A stretch of DNA of 53,593 nucleotides from Acidobacteria bacterium RIFCSPLOWO2_02_FULL_61_28 (GCA_001767035.1 MEKR01000130.1:1-53593), one strand, 5' to 3'; numbered from the stretch's first letter, positions 15,262-25,322 are shown. The notes: generated by a model not told the origin, from the letters alone. Numbers and translations: made by a program.

Positions 15262-17028
15262 ATGCCAAGACTTAGCAGGTTCTCGCAAGTCGCGCTGCTG
15301 GCTGTCCTGCTGGCAGGGTTTCCCGGCGCGCCGGATGTGTTTTCGCAATACGCCCCCGGCGGCAACGTATTAAAGGGGAGCGTGAAATCCTCGGATGGGA
15401 AACCGCTGGAAGGGGTGGCGGTTTCGATGCGAGGCGAGGGCAAGACCTTTACCACCACGGTGTTCACGGAGCGGGACGGGACGTTTGTTTCACCGCGGTT
15501 GGAGAAGAACAAATACCAGGTCTGGGCACAGGCCGTTGGGTTTGAGATGACTAAGTCCGAAGTGCAGATTACAGACCAGGCGGGACAAGCGGCCTTGTCA
15601 CTAAAACCGCTCCAGGACTACCACAAGCAGCTATCCGCCCAGGAATGGATGGCCAGTCTGCCGGAGTCCGATTCCCGAGACCTAAGGATGAAATCCGTCC
15701 TGATGAACAACTGCACGGGCTGCCATTACGTCGGGAGAATCCTGCAAAACCGGTTCGATTCGACCGGCTGGGCCGCGATGATCAAGCTCATGCAGAAAAC
15801 CGGCACCAATGGGGTCTATACGCCCAGCGTTAATCCCAACCCGATGATGGTGGCGTATCAGGAAGAACTGGCCGGCTTTTTGGCCAAGGCTCGCGGACCC
15901 GCTTCCCCTACGCTCACGCCCAAGCTGCTCCCGCGCCCCACGGGCGACGCTGCGAAGGTCGTGATTACCGAGTACGATCTGCCGCGGAATGATGTTTCGA
16001 GCACCATCCTCAAACACGATGGCACGGACTGGTCGGAAGGATTCTCCTCTCGCTGGGCCAGCCGCGCCCCGCATGATATTTGGGTCGGTCTCGATGGGAA
16101 TATCTATTGGGCCGACGATATGGTTCCCGAACAGACCGTTGGCAAGCTGGACCCTCGAACCGGCAAAGTGACTACGTACAAATTGCCGGACAAGGATGGC
16201 CATGCCGTTTCGACGCACAGCATTGTGGTGGATCATAAGGGGAACATGTGGCTGACCAACCAGACCGAAGGCACCCACCTGATGTTTAACCCCAAGACGG
16301 AAACCTTCACCAGGTTCCCTCGACCCGACTCCGTGCCCCAACGGGTGGGCGGCACGAATGCCGTGGATTCCAAAGGAAATCCGTGGGCGGTGGCGGCGGA
16401 TGGAGCGATCAAGTTGGATGTCGCAACGGGAAAGTATACTTTCTACAAGGCGATCCGTCCCGGCGCTACGTACGGAATCGCGGTGGATTCTGAGGACAAA
16501 GTGTGGGTTACGTTCCCCGGTATTGACACGCTCATGGTGGTGGACACCGCCGGTAATATCAGCGAGGTGGTCCTGCCTCCGTTGAAAACCGATTTGGCCA
16601 ACGACAAAGACCGCGAAGTGATGGCGAGCCAAAGACTCGCTGCCAACAGCGCCACTCCGCTTCAGAAGGGACCGCGCCGAATGTGGGCGGACCCAAAGGG
16701 TAACTACGTGTGGGTGGCCGAATACTTTGCCGATCAACTGGCGCGGATTGACATCCACACTAAAGAAGTTAAGGAATACCCTTTGCCGCACCGCTGGAGT
16801 CAGCCGTACGCCTTAAACGTGGACAAGAACCATAATGTTTGGATCAACATGCTGAATCGGGACGCCATCGCCAAGTTCGATCCGAAGACGGAACGGTTTA
16901 CAGAGTATCAACTGCCCACGCGGGGTACGGAAATCCGGCATATCGTACCCGACAATAGCACCGATCCGCCGACCATCTGGGTCCCGTACGATGGGGTGCT
17001 CAAAATCGCCCGGCTGCAATTCAGATGA
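15262..17028 (+). CDS. Secreted CarboxypepD_reg-like domain / single CxxCH heme-c motif / Vgb-like (COG4257-type) beta-propeller protein, paralog 1
   Basis: Signal peptide. G.V.SSDGKPLEGVAVSM beta-sandwich. NNCTGCHYVG. Repeated blades (..DGNIYWADD.., ..KGNMWLTNQ.., ..DKVWVTFPG.., ..NHNVWINML..). Lies 19 nt after the cytochrome c gene. Confidence 0.85.
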   Translation: MPRLSRFSQVALLAVLLAGFPGAPDVFSQYAPGGNVLKGSVKSSDGKPLEGVAVSMRGEGKTFTTTVFTERDGTFVSPRLEKNKYQVWAQAVGFEMTKSEVQITDQAGQAALSLKPLQDYHKQLSAQEWMASLPESDSRDLRMKSVLMNNCTGCHYVGRILQNRFDSTGWAAMIKLMQKTGTNGVYTPSVNPNPMMVAYQEELAGFLAKARGPASPTLTPKLLPRPTGDAAKVVITEYDLPRNDVSSTILKHDGTDWSEGFSSRWASRAPHDIWVGLDGNIYWADDMVPEQTVGKLDPRTGKVTTYKLPDKDGHAVSTHSIVVDHKGNMWLTNQTEGTHLMFNPKTETFTRFPRPDSVPQRVGGTNAVDSKGNPWAVAADGAIKLDVATGKYTFYKAIRPGATYGIAVDSEDKVWVTFPGIDTLMVVDTAGNISEVVLPPLKTDLANDKDREVMASQRLAANSATPLQKGPRRMWADPKGNYVWVAEYFADQLARIDIHTKEVKEYPLPHRWSQPYALNVDKNHNVWINMLNRDAIAKFDPKTERFTEYQLPTRGTEIRHIVPDNSTDPPTIWVPYDGVLKIARLQFR

Positions 17029-17056
17029 GGTATCCCCCGCCGTTGTTTCGGCTCTA

Positions 17057-17269
17057 CACCAGTTTCAGGGTTGCTATATAACAAAACGCGATGCTGTCAT
17101 CCTGATCCCTTCGGCATCGCTCAGGGTAAACTCCGCGAAGGATCTGCTTTTCATTGCGGTCAGCAATCCGTTGCGGGAAAAACAGATTCTTCGGGCCGAC
17201 CAAAAGCGTCGGCCCTCAGAATGACGTCATCGGCAGCAACGGCGCTATACACCAACGGTGAAACCACTC
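17057..17269. mobile_element. Family-B MITE copy whose cargo is two inverted GTCATYCTGA..GAAGRATCTG modules
   Basis: TA at 17055-17056 and 17270-17271. TIR is CACCAGTTTCAGGGTTGCTATA / inverted GAGTGGTTTCACCGTTGGTGTATA. Confidence 0.75.
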
Positions 17270-17285
17270 TAGCGGCGCGGACCCT

Positions 17286-18401
17286 TCAGCGGGTTGCGGA
17301 ATCGTCGCGTCTTCCCTTCTCCGGATCCAGGATCAGTTTCTGAACCCGCCAGTTGTTGAGATCAGCGACGTACAGCTCGTTTTCCGAGGGACAGGCCAGA
17401 CTATGCGCCCAGTTGAACTGTTTGAGTTGCCGGCCGGCCTGGCCTAACATCCCCACCACCTTGCCGTCCAGAGTCAACTTGTAAATCCGGCCGGGGAACG
17501 CATCGTTGGTATAGAGGTATTGAGTGGGACCCGGCGTGATGCAAATTGTCCAGGGGGAGCCCGGCGCCATCGTGCCGGTCGTGGGCGGCGTCGCGGGCGT
17601 GTCGCCGAGCACAAAACGCGCTCCCGGAGGGGCAGGGACGTTGATTTTGATGATCCGGAGAAACTTGCCTTCGCCGTCGAACACCTGAATGCGCGCGTTG
17701 CCCCGATCCGCGACGTACACGTTCCCCTGGTTGTCCACGCCGATATTGTGCGCGGTGCTGAACTGGCCGGGTTGCGACCCCCGCGCGCCCCACGACTTGA
17801 TCCAATCCCCGTTCTTGTCAATCTTGGCGACGCGCGAGTTCACGTAGCCGTCGCTGATGTAAATGTTCCCCGCGGCGTCCCAGGCCACGTCGGTCGGCTG
17901 GTTGAAGTAGTTGTCACGATGGGACGGCGGCGCAACCTTGCCGGAAGCAAGGTCCGGCAGGTGGGGATATTCGTGTTCTTCCGTGGCTTCTTCCTTGCGG
18001 CCAAGCACCATCGTCACGCGCCCTGCTGGGCTGAACTTGACAACCATGTTGGTCCCTTTGTCCACCACCCAGAGGTTGTCCTGCCGGTCCACCCGGATCC
18101 CGTGCCCGTACCCGAAGCCATACAGGTTCTTGCCGATTTCGCGCACATACTTGCCGTTCGGATCGAACTCCAGCACCTGCGTGGCGATCGAGCCGTACAA
18201 CGGACCGGTGACGTTGGAGCGGGACAGCATGAAGACGTGTCCCTTGGAGTTGACCGCGACAGCCCCCATCTCCCCCAGATGCATCTCGATCGGATACTGA
18301 AAGTAATCCGGAACGGAAACGAAGGGGATTTCGGGTACGGACTGCTGCGCGAACGCAGGCGCCGCGAGCAGCATGAGTAGAACAGTGAACAGCCGTCTCA
18401 T
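17286..18401 (-). CDS. Secreted six-bladed NHL-repeat propeller (peptidyl-alpha-hydroxyglycine lyase-like)
   Basis: Signal peptide MRRLFTVLLMLLAAPAFAQ. NHL blades ..AAGNIYISDGYVNSRVAKID.., ..QGNVYVADRGNARIQVFD.., ..ELYVADLNNWRVQKL.. Confidence 0.85.
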   Translation of the reverse strand: MRRLFTVLLMLLAAPAFAQQSVPEIPFVSVPDYFQYPIEMHLGEMGAVAVNSKGHVFMLSRSNVTGPLYGSIATQVLEFDPNGKYVREIGKNLYGFGYGHGIRVDRQDNLWVVDKGTNMVVKFSPAGRVTMVLGRKEEATEEHEYPHLPDLASGKVAPPSHRDNYFNQPTDVAWDAAGNIYISDGYVNSRVAKIDKNGDWIKSWGARGSQPGQFSTAHNIGVDNQGNVYVADRGNARIQVFDGEGKFLRIIKINVPAPPGARFVLGDTPATPPTTGTMAPGSPWTICITPGPTQYLYTNDAFPGRIYKLTLDGKVVGMLGQAGRQLKQFNWAHSLACPSENELYVADLNNWRVQKLILDPEKGRRDDSATR

Positions 18402-18670
18402 GATTACCTCCTGTTTCTATTCTCCACCGGTGCCATTTCCTGGATTGATCCGAGAGAGAATGGCGCGCCCTGGTAGACGATTCTAGCACTTTGCGAATGG
18501 GCCAAATGGCAGGTTTTTTCCTTCTAGAGAAGGTGCCTTAGTAGCCCTCGACTTGAGCATCACAGTTCGGAAGGGACTTCGTTGTGCGCGTTCGGTCCCA
18601 TCGTCACAGTGTATCACCTGGAATCCGAGCGCAGCCGAACCGTGGAAGAACGGCATCCTTGGGAAACTCC

Positions 18671-18700
18671 TTGCAAGGCATTGAATTTTCTGGATATAAT
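18671..18700 (+). promoter_or_regulatory. Sigma-70-like promoter TTGCAA-N18-TATAAT, -35 embedded in a perfect 10-bp palindrome CCTTGCAAGG (18669-18678)
   Basis: Read directly. The -10 ends 6 nt before GTG 18707. Confidence 0.45.
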
Positions 18701-18706
18701 CTCTGC

Positions 18707-19132
18707 GTGACTCGCCGTATCTTCGCCTTTGCGCTCGCTTGCCTATTGCTGGGGTCTTCCTCTCAGAGCGGCTTTCTTCACCACCACAAAGTAAGCGACA
18801 GCGCGCACGCTCGCCAAGAGCATTATTCGTTCCACTCGCATTCGCACGCGCATCTCGGCCAGTTCCTGCACCCGCCAACAAGTAATCCCGATACTCACCC
18901 GGAAATGGGGGGCAGCGAGGGCGGCGACGATGCCATCTTTTTAAGTTGGACCCCCGCCACCTCCGGTTCGGTCACAGTGGATTTTTATGCGGTTCGGAGC
19001 GACGTTCCAACCGCCGTGCCTGAACAGAATCCCGCTTGCGTTCAACCCGCTGCCCGCCACTCTCACGATCCGCCGGAAATTCCGTCCTGCCCGGCGCGCG
19101 CTCCGCCTTCCTCTTCTCTTCCACGCGTCTAG
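18707..19132 (+). CDS. Small His-rich secreted/membrane-anchored protein upstream of the metal efflux operon
   Basis: VTRRIFAFALACLLLGSSS hydrophobic N-terminus, followed by HHHKVSDSAHARQEHYSFHSHSHAHLGQFLH. The maximal ORF begins at 18584, upstream of the putative promoter. Start and function are uncertain. Confidence 0.45.
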   Translation: MTRRIFAFALACLLLGSSSQSGFLHHHKVSDSAHARQEHYSFHSHSHAHLGQFLHPPTSNPDTHPEMGGSEGGDDAIFLSWTPATSGSVTVDFYAVRSDVPTAVPEQNPACVQPAARHSHDPPEIPSCPARAPPSSSLPRV

Positions 19133-19183
19133 CATCAGCCTAGCCGAAACAGCATTTGTCCAAATTTCGTTTGAGGTGAAGGT

Positions 19184-20425
19184 ATGTCCATCGGGAGACG
19201 GGCGTCTCTATGCGTTGTGGCGTCTTTGACGCTCTTCCTCGCAGCCGCTGCTGCGCAGGAATTGACGGAGCAAGAGGCAGTGAAGCGGTTTCTCGGGCAA
19301 AGCCCGCAGAGCAGAGAACTGCGGGCGGCGGTCGCTGCGGTCCAGGCGGAAACGCGTGGCTGGAGCTTATGGCCGAACCCAAGAAGCAATGTGACACGCG
19401 AAGGGGCCGGCGTGACCAATTTTGTGCAATTAGAGCAGTCTCTGCCCATCAGCGGGCGGCTTGGATTCATGCGTCAGGCGGGAGCCGCCGCCGTGAACTC
19501 CTCGGACGCAAAATCACTTTTTGCAGTGTGGGAACTCTGTAGTGATATGCGTTTGGAGTTTTACGCTTTGGTCCTTGCGCAGGAACGCGAAAGAGCTATT
19601 AAGAAGAGCTTTGTAGACCTGGATGAGGTTCTGCGAATTCTGCAAGAGCGAGAAAAGGAAGGTGAAGGTTCCACATTCGACCGCCTGCGCACCGAGCGGG
19701 AACGGTTTGAGCTTCAAACAGAACTCGTGGCCGCCCAGGTCCGCACCTTGGAAGCCCGATCCCGGCTGGCTTCATTTTTTACTTCGGATATCGAACCGGC
19801 AGCGCTACGCGTACAGGGACAGCTTCAAAGTTCAGCCATCCTGCCTCCGCTATCGGAAGTGCTGGCCCGTGCCCTAAACACGCGACCCGACCTCATGTCC
19901 GAGCAGCAGCATTCCGAGCAACTGCGCTTCGAGCAACGTGCCGCAGAACGGCTGCGTATTCCCGAGCCGTTTTTCTATACGGGCCTGAAAAGAGCGGAAA
20001 ATCGTGGATCCATGGAACTCGGCCCTGTCGTTGGCGTCTCCGTTCCTTTACCGATCTTCAATCGCGGCAAAACCGAAGTTGCCCGCTTGAAAGCGGAACT
20101 GGATCGAAGTCAGGCGCGGCGGGACGCGTTGCAACAGAAGCTCCAGGCGGAAGTGGAAGCGGCTTACGGCACGGTCGAATTGCGGAGGGGCATCGAGGGA
20201 GAATACCGGCAACAACTCGCGTCCACCGGATCTCGCTTAAAGAGTGTCGCGCAACTCGCCTATCAGGAAGGGGAGCACGGAATTCTGGAGTTGCTGGACG
20301 CATATCGGGTGACCCGTCAATCTGAGTTGCGCGAAGTGGAGCTGTCGGGAGCGGCGAAGGCGGCTGAGATTGAACTCGAGCGGGCAGCAGGGGAGCCAAT
20401 TTTGAACCGAGAGGTTTTTCCATGA
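19184..20425 (+). CDS. TolC-family outer-membrane efflux protein (CzcC/CusC-like)
   Basis: Signal peptide and two-repeat coiled-coil OEP architecture. Its stop overlaps the next start (ATGA). Confidence 0.88.
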   Translation: MSIGRRASLCVVASLTLFLAAAAAQELTEQEAVKRFLGQSPQSRELRAAVAAVQAETRGWSLWPNPRSNVTREGAGVTNFVQLEQSLPISGRLGFMRQAGAAAVNSSDAKSLFAVWELCSDMRLEFYALVLAQERERAIKKSFVDLDEVLRILQEREKEGEGSTFDRLRTERERFELQTELVAAQVRTLEARSRLASFFTSDIEPAALRVQGQLQSSAILPPLSEVLARALNTRPDLMSEQQHSEQLRFEQRAAERLRIPEPFFYTGLKRAENRGSMELGPVVGVSVPLPIFNRGKTEVARLKAELDRSQARRDALQQKLQAEVEAAYGTVELRRGIEGEYRQQLASTGSRLKSVAQLAYQEGEHGILELLDAYRVTRQSELREVELSGAAKAAEIELERAAGEPILNREVFP

Positions 20426-21960
20426 GCAAAGGAATGATGATTCTGACGTTCTTGATTTTGCTTGCGGGCTGCTCCCAGCCGCCCCAGGAATCAGCAACAG
20501 CGCCATCCGCGCCGGCACCGCAAAACGCCGCCGTCACGCATTGGACCGAGAAGTCCGAGTTGTTCATGGAATACCCGCCGCTTGTTTCGGGCACAACGGG
20601 GCGTTTTGCGGTCCATCTGACGAACTTGCGAACGTTCAAGCCGGTGGCCGAAGGACGTGTTGTGGTTCAGTTGAAATCAGACGAGTCTCGCGTTCAAACC
20701 TTTTCGGCGGAAGCGCCGTCGCGGCCTGGAATTTTCGGCGTAGACGTGCAGCCGGTGAATCCGGGAAATTACGTGATGACCGTCACGCTCACCTCTGCAG
20801 GACTGAGTGATTCCCACGAATTGGGCACCGTCGCGGTTTACCGCAACCAACAAGAAGTCCTCCAACAGAACGATCAGCCCACCGAGGAGCGAATTTCTTT
20901 TTTGAAAGAACAGCAGTGGTTCATGGACTTCGGAACGGAGTTAGCAGCAGAGCGGGAAATGCGGGAAAGCATCCGAGTGCCCGCAGAAGTGCGTCCCCGG
21001 AGCGGAGGAGAGGCGGAGGTGATTGCTCCCCTTACCGGAAGACTCGCGGGCACGCCAACCATTCCCGCGATTGGTTCGCTTGTTTCCCAGGGGCAGCCGC
21101 TGGCGTCTGTGATCCCGCATACGCCAAGTCCGGCAGACCTTCCGGCGCTGGAGTTTGCACTCGCTGAGGCCAATACAGGATTGGAGTACGCGCGCAGGGA
21201 CCGAGAGCGGGCGCAGCGTCTGGTAGCCGCTGGCGCGGTCCCATCCAAGCGACTCGCTGAGGCGCAGCACGTGGAAACCGTAGCGATCGCGCGAGTGAAG
21301 GCGGCAACGGAACGGCTCGCCCAATATGAAAATACTCGCCGGTCTGACGGCGCGCTCCCGAACGACTCCCTGTTCACTCTGCGGTCCCCTATCTCCGGCG
21401 TCATCGCGAACGTGAACGCCATTCCCGGTTCCAACGTGAACCAAGACGATAGACTCTTCCGCATTGTGGCCTTGGACCGTGTATACGTCGCCGGATATGT
21501 CCCCGAGGCGGAAGTACATCGCTTGCGTCAACTGACGGGTGCTGAGATTGAAATGACGGGCGCGGAGCGTCCCTTGTCGGCGGTCAGGCTGGTGTCTGTC
21601 AGCGGCCTCATTGATCCGCAAACGAGAACTGCGAGCGTCCTCTATGAAGTTCCCAATGATGAGCGAAGACTTTTTGTTGGAAACACGGTATCCATGCGGC
21701 TCTTTCTGTCGGGCAGACTCCAAACGGTAGCTGTGCCTGCCGACGCAGTGATTGACGATGGCGGCCGCCCGGTGATTTTTGTACAGGCTGAGGGGGAATC
21801 TTTCGTCCGCAAGCCCGTCAAAGTCGGCGTGCGCGAATCGAATTACGTCCAGATTACGGACGGTTTGCGGGCCGGTGAGCGCGTTGTAACACGCGGGGCG
21901 TATCTGATTCGGCTTTCTGCTCTCTCCACCCAGATTCCCGCTCACGGGCACGTGCACTAA
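20422..21960 (+). CDS. Efflux RND periplasmic adaptor (CzcB/CusB-like), lipoprotein
   Basis: Lipobox LLAGC. HlyD/MFP barrel-sandwich hybrid and beta-barrel segments (..SPISGVIANVNAIPGSNV.., ..GNTVSMRLFL..). Confidence 0.88.
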   Translation: MSKGMMILTFLILLAGCSQPPQESATAPSAPAPQNAAVTHWTEKSELFMEYPPLVSGTTGRFAVHLTNLRTFKPVAEGRVVVQLKSDESRVQTFSAEAPSRPGIFGVDVQPVNPGNYVMTVTLTSAGLSDSHELGTVAVYRNQQEVLQQNDQPTEERISFLKEQQWFMDFGTELAAEREMRESIRVPAEVRPRSGGEAEVIAPLTGRLAGTPTIPAIGSLVSQGQPLASVIPHTPSPADLPALEFALAEANTGLEYARRDRERAQRLVAAGAVPSKRLAEAQHVETVAIARVKAATERLAQYENTRRSDGALPNDSLFTLRSPISGVIANVNAIPGSNVNQDDRLFRIVALDRVYVAGYVPEAEVHRLRQLTGAEIEMTGAERPLSAVRLVSVSGLIDPQTRTASVLYEVPNDERRLFVGNTVSMRLFLSGRLQTVAVPADAVIDDGGRPVIFVQAEGESFVRKPVKVGVRESNYVQITDGLRAGERVVTRGAYLIRLSALSTQIPAHGHVH

Positions 21961-21973
21961 GGGGAGTTACAAC

Positions 21974-24900
21974 ATGATTGACGGATTGATTCGCTGGTCC
22001 TTGAAGCACCGTTTGCTTGTGCTCACCTTGGCTGCTGCGTTTCTCGCGTGGGGCGGGTATCTCGCTTCCACCATGCCTGTGGACGTGCTGCCCGATCTGA
22101 CGGCGCCCACGGTGACAATTCTGGCCGAAGCGCCCGGCATGGCGCCTACCGAAATGGAATCGCTGGTGACCTTCCCCATCGAGACCTCATTGAATGGCGC
22201 TAGCGGGGTGAGGCGCGTTCGCTCGGCGACTGCCGTGGGTGTAGCGATCATCTGGGTTGAATTCGATTGGGGCGAAGACATCTATCGCGCCCGTCAGAAC
22301 GTCAGCGAGAAATTGAACCTGGCCCGGAATTCGCTGCCTCCAGAGGTGGAAGTTGTCCTTGCGCCGATTTCTTCGATCATGGGTGAGATCCTCTTCCTAT
22401 CGCTGGAATCAGACCGCCATTCACCGCTCGAACTGCGTACGGTCGCTGACACCATATTGCGGCGGCGGCTCCTCTCCGTTCCCGGAGTTTCGCAAGTAAT
22501 CTCCACAGGAGGCGGTCAGAAGCAATATCAGGTGTTGATCTCCTCCGCGAAGCTCAAAGCCTATGACTTGTCCCTTGACAATGTCGTCGAAGCCTTGCGC
22601 TCGGCCAATCAAAACACCTCGGCAGGATTCCGCGTGGCAGGAGGACAGGAATATTTGATCCAGGCGATAGGTCGGGTCTCGAATCTCGATGATATTGCGC
22701 AAACCGTCGTGGTTTCCCGCGACTCCCGGCCGATTCTGCTCCGCGATTTGGGCGAGGTCCGTATTGGGCAGGCTCTCAAACGCGGTGAAGGCTCACATAA
22801 TGGGAAACTCGCGGTCATACTGGGCATTCAAAAACAACCCGGAGCCAACACGCTTGACCTGACCCGTACCCTGGACCAGGCGCTGAACGAGATTGAACCA
22901 ACGTTGCCGCAAGGAATGAAGATAGACAGGGATGCCTTCCGCCAAGCGGACTTCATTCGGGCGGCGCTCGGCAATCTTTTGGCTGCTTTGCGCGACGGGG
23001 GCTTTTTGGTTGTGCTGGTTGTCGTGCTTTTTCTCGCGTCTACTTCAGCCTCGGTCATAACTCTTCTGGCCATCCCTCTCTCCCTGGTGGCTGCGATTGG
23101 GGGCCTGAAGATCGCGGGTCTGACGATCAACGCAATGACCCTCGGAGGATTGGCGATCGCAATCGGTGAATTGGTGGATGACGCGATCATCGATGTTGAA
23201 AACGTCTTCCGCCGGCTGCGGGAGAACAAGCAAAAGCCAGAGGCAGAGCGCCTGCCCGCATTGGAAATCGTCTATAGTGCCAGCAGCGAAATTCGCGGTT
23301 CCATCGTTTACGCAACTCTAATTGTGATCCTGGTGTTTGTTCCGCTCTTCCTCTTGGAGAGCGTAGAAGGCCGTCTTCTCAAGCCCTTGGGATATGCCTA
23401 TGTTGTGGCGTTAACCGCTTCCCTGGTAGTCGCCTTGACGGTTACTCCCGCGCTTTGTTCTCTGCTGCTGCCCCGGGCGAAAAAAGTCCTTCAGGGCGCA
23501 GAACCTACATTGGTCAGGTGGCTGAAACGCGGTTATCAACCGATACTTCGATGGTCGCTGAACCATACGATCATCATCCTCGTCGGGGCCGTGACGCTGT
23601 TTGCGGCCGCCTTGGGAAGCTTTCATTGGGTTGGCCGGGCATTTCTGCCGGAGTTTAACGAAGGCGCGCTCACCATTAGCGCGGTCACTCTTCCCGGCAC
23701 CAGCCTGGCTGAATCCGATAAACTCGGTCAGACCTTGGAGCGAATTCTGCTGGGCGTTCCGGAAGTGGTCTCCACGGCACGCCGTACGGGGAGGGAGGAA
23801 TTGGACGAGCACGTGCAAGGTGTGGAATCCGCCGAAATTGATGTGCGTCTCGTAATGCGCCAGCGGCCCAAGGATGAAGTATTGAACGAAATTCGCGAAA
23901 AGGTGACGCTGCTTCCAGGGATGAATGTGACCGTAGGGCAGCCGATCTCCCATCGCATTGATCACATGCTCTCGGGAACCCGGGCCAACGTCGCGGTAAA
24001 GATATTTGGCGAGGACCTGTTTGCTCTGCGTGCGATTGCCAAACAAGTGGAATCGGTCATGCGGGAAGTGGACGGGGTCGTGGACCTTTCCACGGAACAG
24101 CAGACGGACATTCCAACGGTGCGTGTGCGCTTGAATCGAGAGGCGCTCGCCCGTTACGGCCTGGGGGCCGGAGCAGCCGCCGAAACGCTGCAAACGGCTT
24201 TTTCGGGTCGGCCCGTCGGCCAGGTCTTAGAGGGCCAATTTGCCTTTCCTCTGGTTGTTCGATATCAGAATCAGAATACGGCAGACATCGAATCCATTCA
24301 ACAGACGCAGATCGACACCCCTGGTGGTCTGCGAATTCCCCTGGCTGCTGTGGCGGATATTCGCGAAGACCGAGGCCCCAACTTCATCAACCGGGAAAAC
24401 GTGCAGCGAAAGATTGTGGTCCAATGCAACGTGGCAGGTAGGGACCTGCGGAGCGTTGTCAATGACATTGAGCGCCGTGTGCAATCCTCGGTTCAGCTTC
24501 CCCGCGGCTACCGCATCGAATACGGCGGCCAATTTGAGAGCGAAGCGCGTGCGTCCCAACGCCTGCTCTGGCTCGGGGTCCTGGTGGTCATCGGCATTCT
24601 TGTGATCCTGTTCACCGCGTTCGATTCCTTGCGGGACGCGCTCATCATCATGGCCAATCTGCCATTGGCATTGATTGGGGGAGCCGCAGGAGTATTCGTC
24701 GCGGGGGGGGTCCTGTCCGTGGCGTCCATTATCGGCTTTATCACATTGTTCGGAATTGCAACCCGCAACGGAATTATGCTGATCTCCCATGTAAGACATC
24801 TCATGACCGCCGAGGGTGTCCAGGACCTGCGCCAAGCCGTAATCACCGGCGCCTCCGAGCGCTTGGCGCCGATCCTGATGACCGCCCTCACCGCCGGTCT

Positions 24901-25060
24901 TGCGCTCATCCCAGTGGCCCTCGGCATGGGGAAACCCGGCAGTGAGCTTCAGGCACCGATGGCAATTGTGATCCTCTTCGGCCTGCTTTCTTCAACGGCA
25001 CTAAACATGATTGTTGTGCCGTCTATCTATGCGCGCTTCGGCAAACGGTCTGCGTCATAA
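21974..25060 (+). CDS. Heavy-metal efflux RND pump, CusA/CzcA family
   Basis: 1028 aa with 12-TM RND topology. MIDGLIRWSLKHRLLVL.., ..VDDAIIDVENVFRRL.., typical of the HME-RND family. Confidence 0.93.
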   Translation: MIDGLIRWSLKHRLLVLTLAAAFLAWGGYLASTMPVDVLPDLTAPTVTILAEAPGMAPTEMESLVTFPIETSLNGASGVRRVRSATAVGVAIIWVEFDWGEDIYRARQNVSEKLNLARNSLPPEVEVVLAPISSIMGEILFLSLESDRHSPLELRTVADTILRRRLLSVPGVSQVISTGGGQKQYQVLISSAKLKAYDLSLDNVVEALRSANQNTSAGFRVAGGQEYLIQAIGRVSNLDDIAQTVVVSRDSRPILLRDLGEVRIGQALKRGEGSHNGKLAVILGIQKQPGANTLDLTRTLDQALNEIEPTLPQGMKIDRDAFRQADFIRAALGNLLAALRDGGFLVVLVVVLFLASTSASVITLLAIPLSLVAAIGGLKIAGLTINAMTLGGLAIAIGELVDDAIIDVENVFRRLRENKQKPEAERLPALEIVYSASSEIRGSIVYATLIVILVFVPLFLLESVEGRLLKPLGYAYVVALTASLVVALTVTPALCSLLLPRAKKVLQGAEPTLVRWLKRGYQPILRWSLNHTIIILVGAVTLFAAALGSFHWVGRAFLPEFNEGALTISAVTLPGTSLAESDKLGQTLERILLGVPEVVSTARRTGREELDEHVQGVESAEIDVRLVMRQRPKDEVLNEIREKVTLLPGMNVTVGQPISHRIDHMLSGTRANVAVKIFGEDLFALRAIAKQVESVMREVDGVVDLSTEQQTDIPTVRVRLNREALARYGLGAGAAAETLQTAFSGRPVGQVLEGQFAFPLVVRYQNQNTADIESIQQTQIDTPGGLRIPLAAVADIREDRGPNFINRENVQRKIVVQCNVAGRDLRSVVNDIERRVQSSVQLPRGYRIEYGGQFESEARASQRLLWLGVLVVIGILVILFTAFDSLRDALIIMANLPLALIGGAAGVFVAGGVLSVASIIGFITLFGIATRNGIMLISHVRHLMTAEGVQDLRQAVITGASERLAPILMTALTAGLALIPVALGMGKPGSELQAPMAIVILFGLLSSTALNMIVVPSIYARFGKRSAS

Positions 25061-25080
25061 GAGCAAGTCACCATACTAGG

Positions 25081-25320
25081 GCTGGTCTGATCCTTGCGGT
25101 TCTTTCGGAAGTCGCGGTTTTCTTGGCATCTTCGGACACTGAAGAGGAGTCTAGTATTACTGATACTCATAGGACCTGACACCACCTCCGTTGTCATCCT
25201 GATCCCGGCGTGCGGGAGCCTGTCCTGAGCAACGCGAAGGAAGGGACCTGCACTTCTTCTGAATTCTGACTCCGGACTTCTGGCTCCTTCTTCGTCACTT
25301 GCCACTCGTCACTGCTTTCT
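25081..25320. repeat. Composite intergenic repeat: word repeats plus conserved hairpin module M (25193-25256, plus orientation) plus CTGACTTCT-type words
   Basis: GTCATCCTGATCCCGGCGTGCGGGAG..GGACCTGCACTTC is shared with 29717-29757 and 50867-50908 (both inverted). 25094-25124 is the complement of 50787-50813. Confidence 0.75.
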
Positions 25321-25322
25321 CA

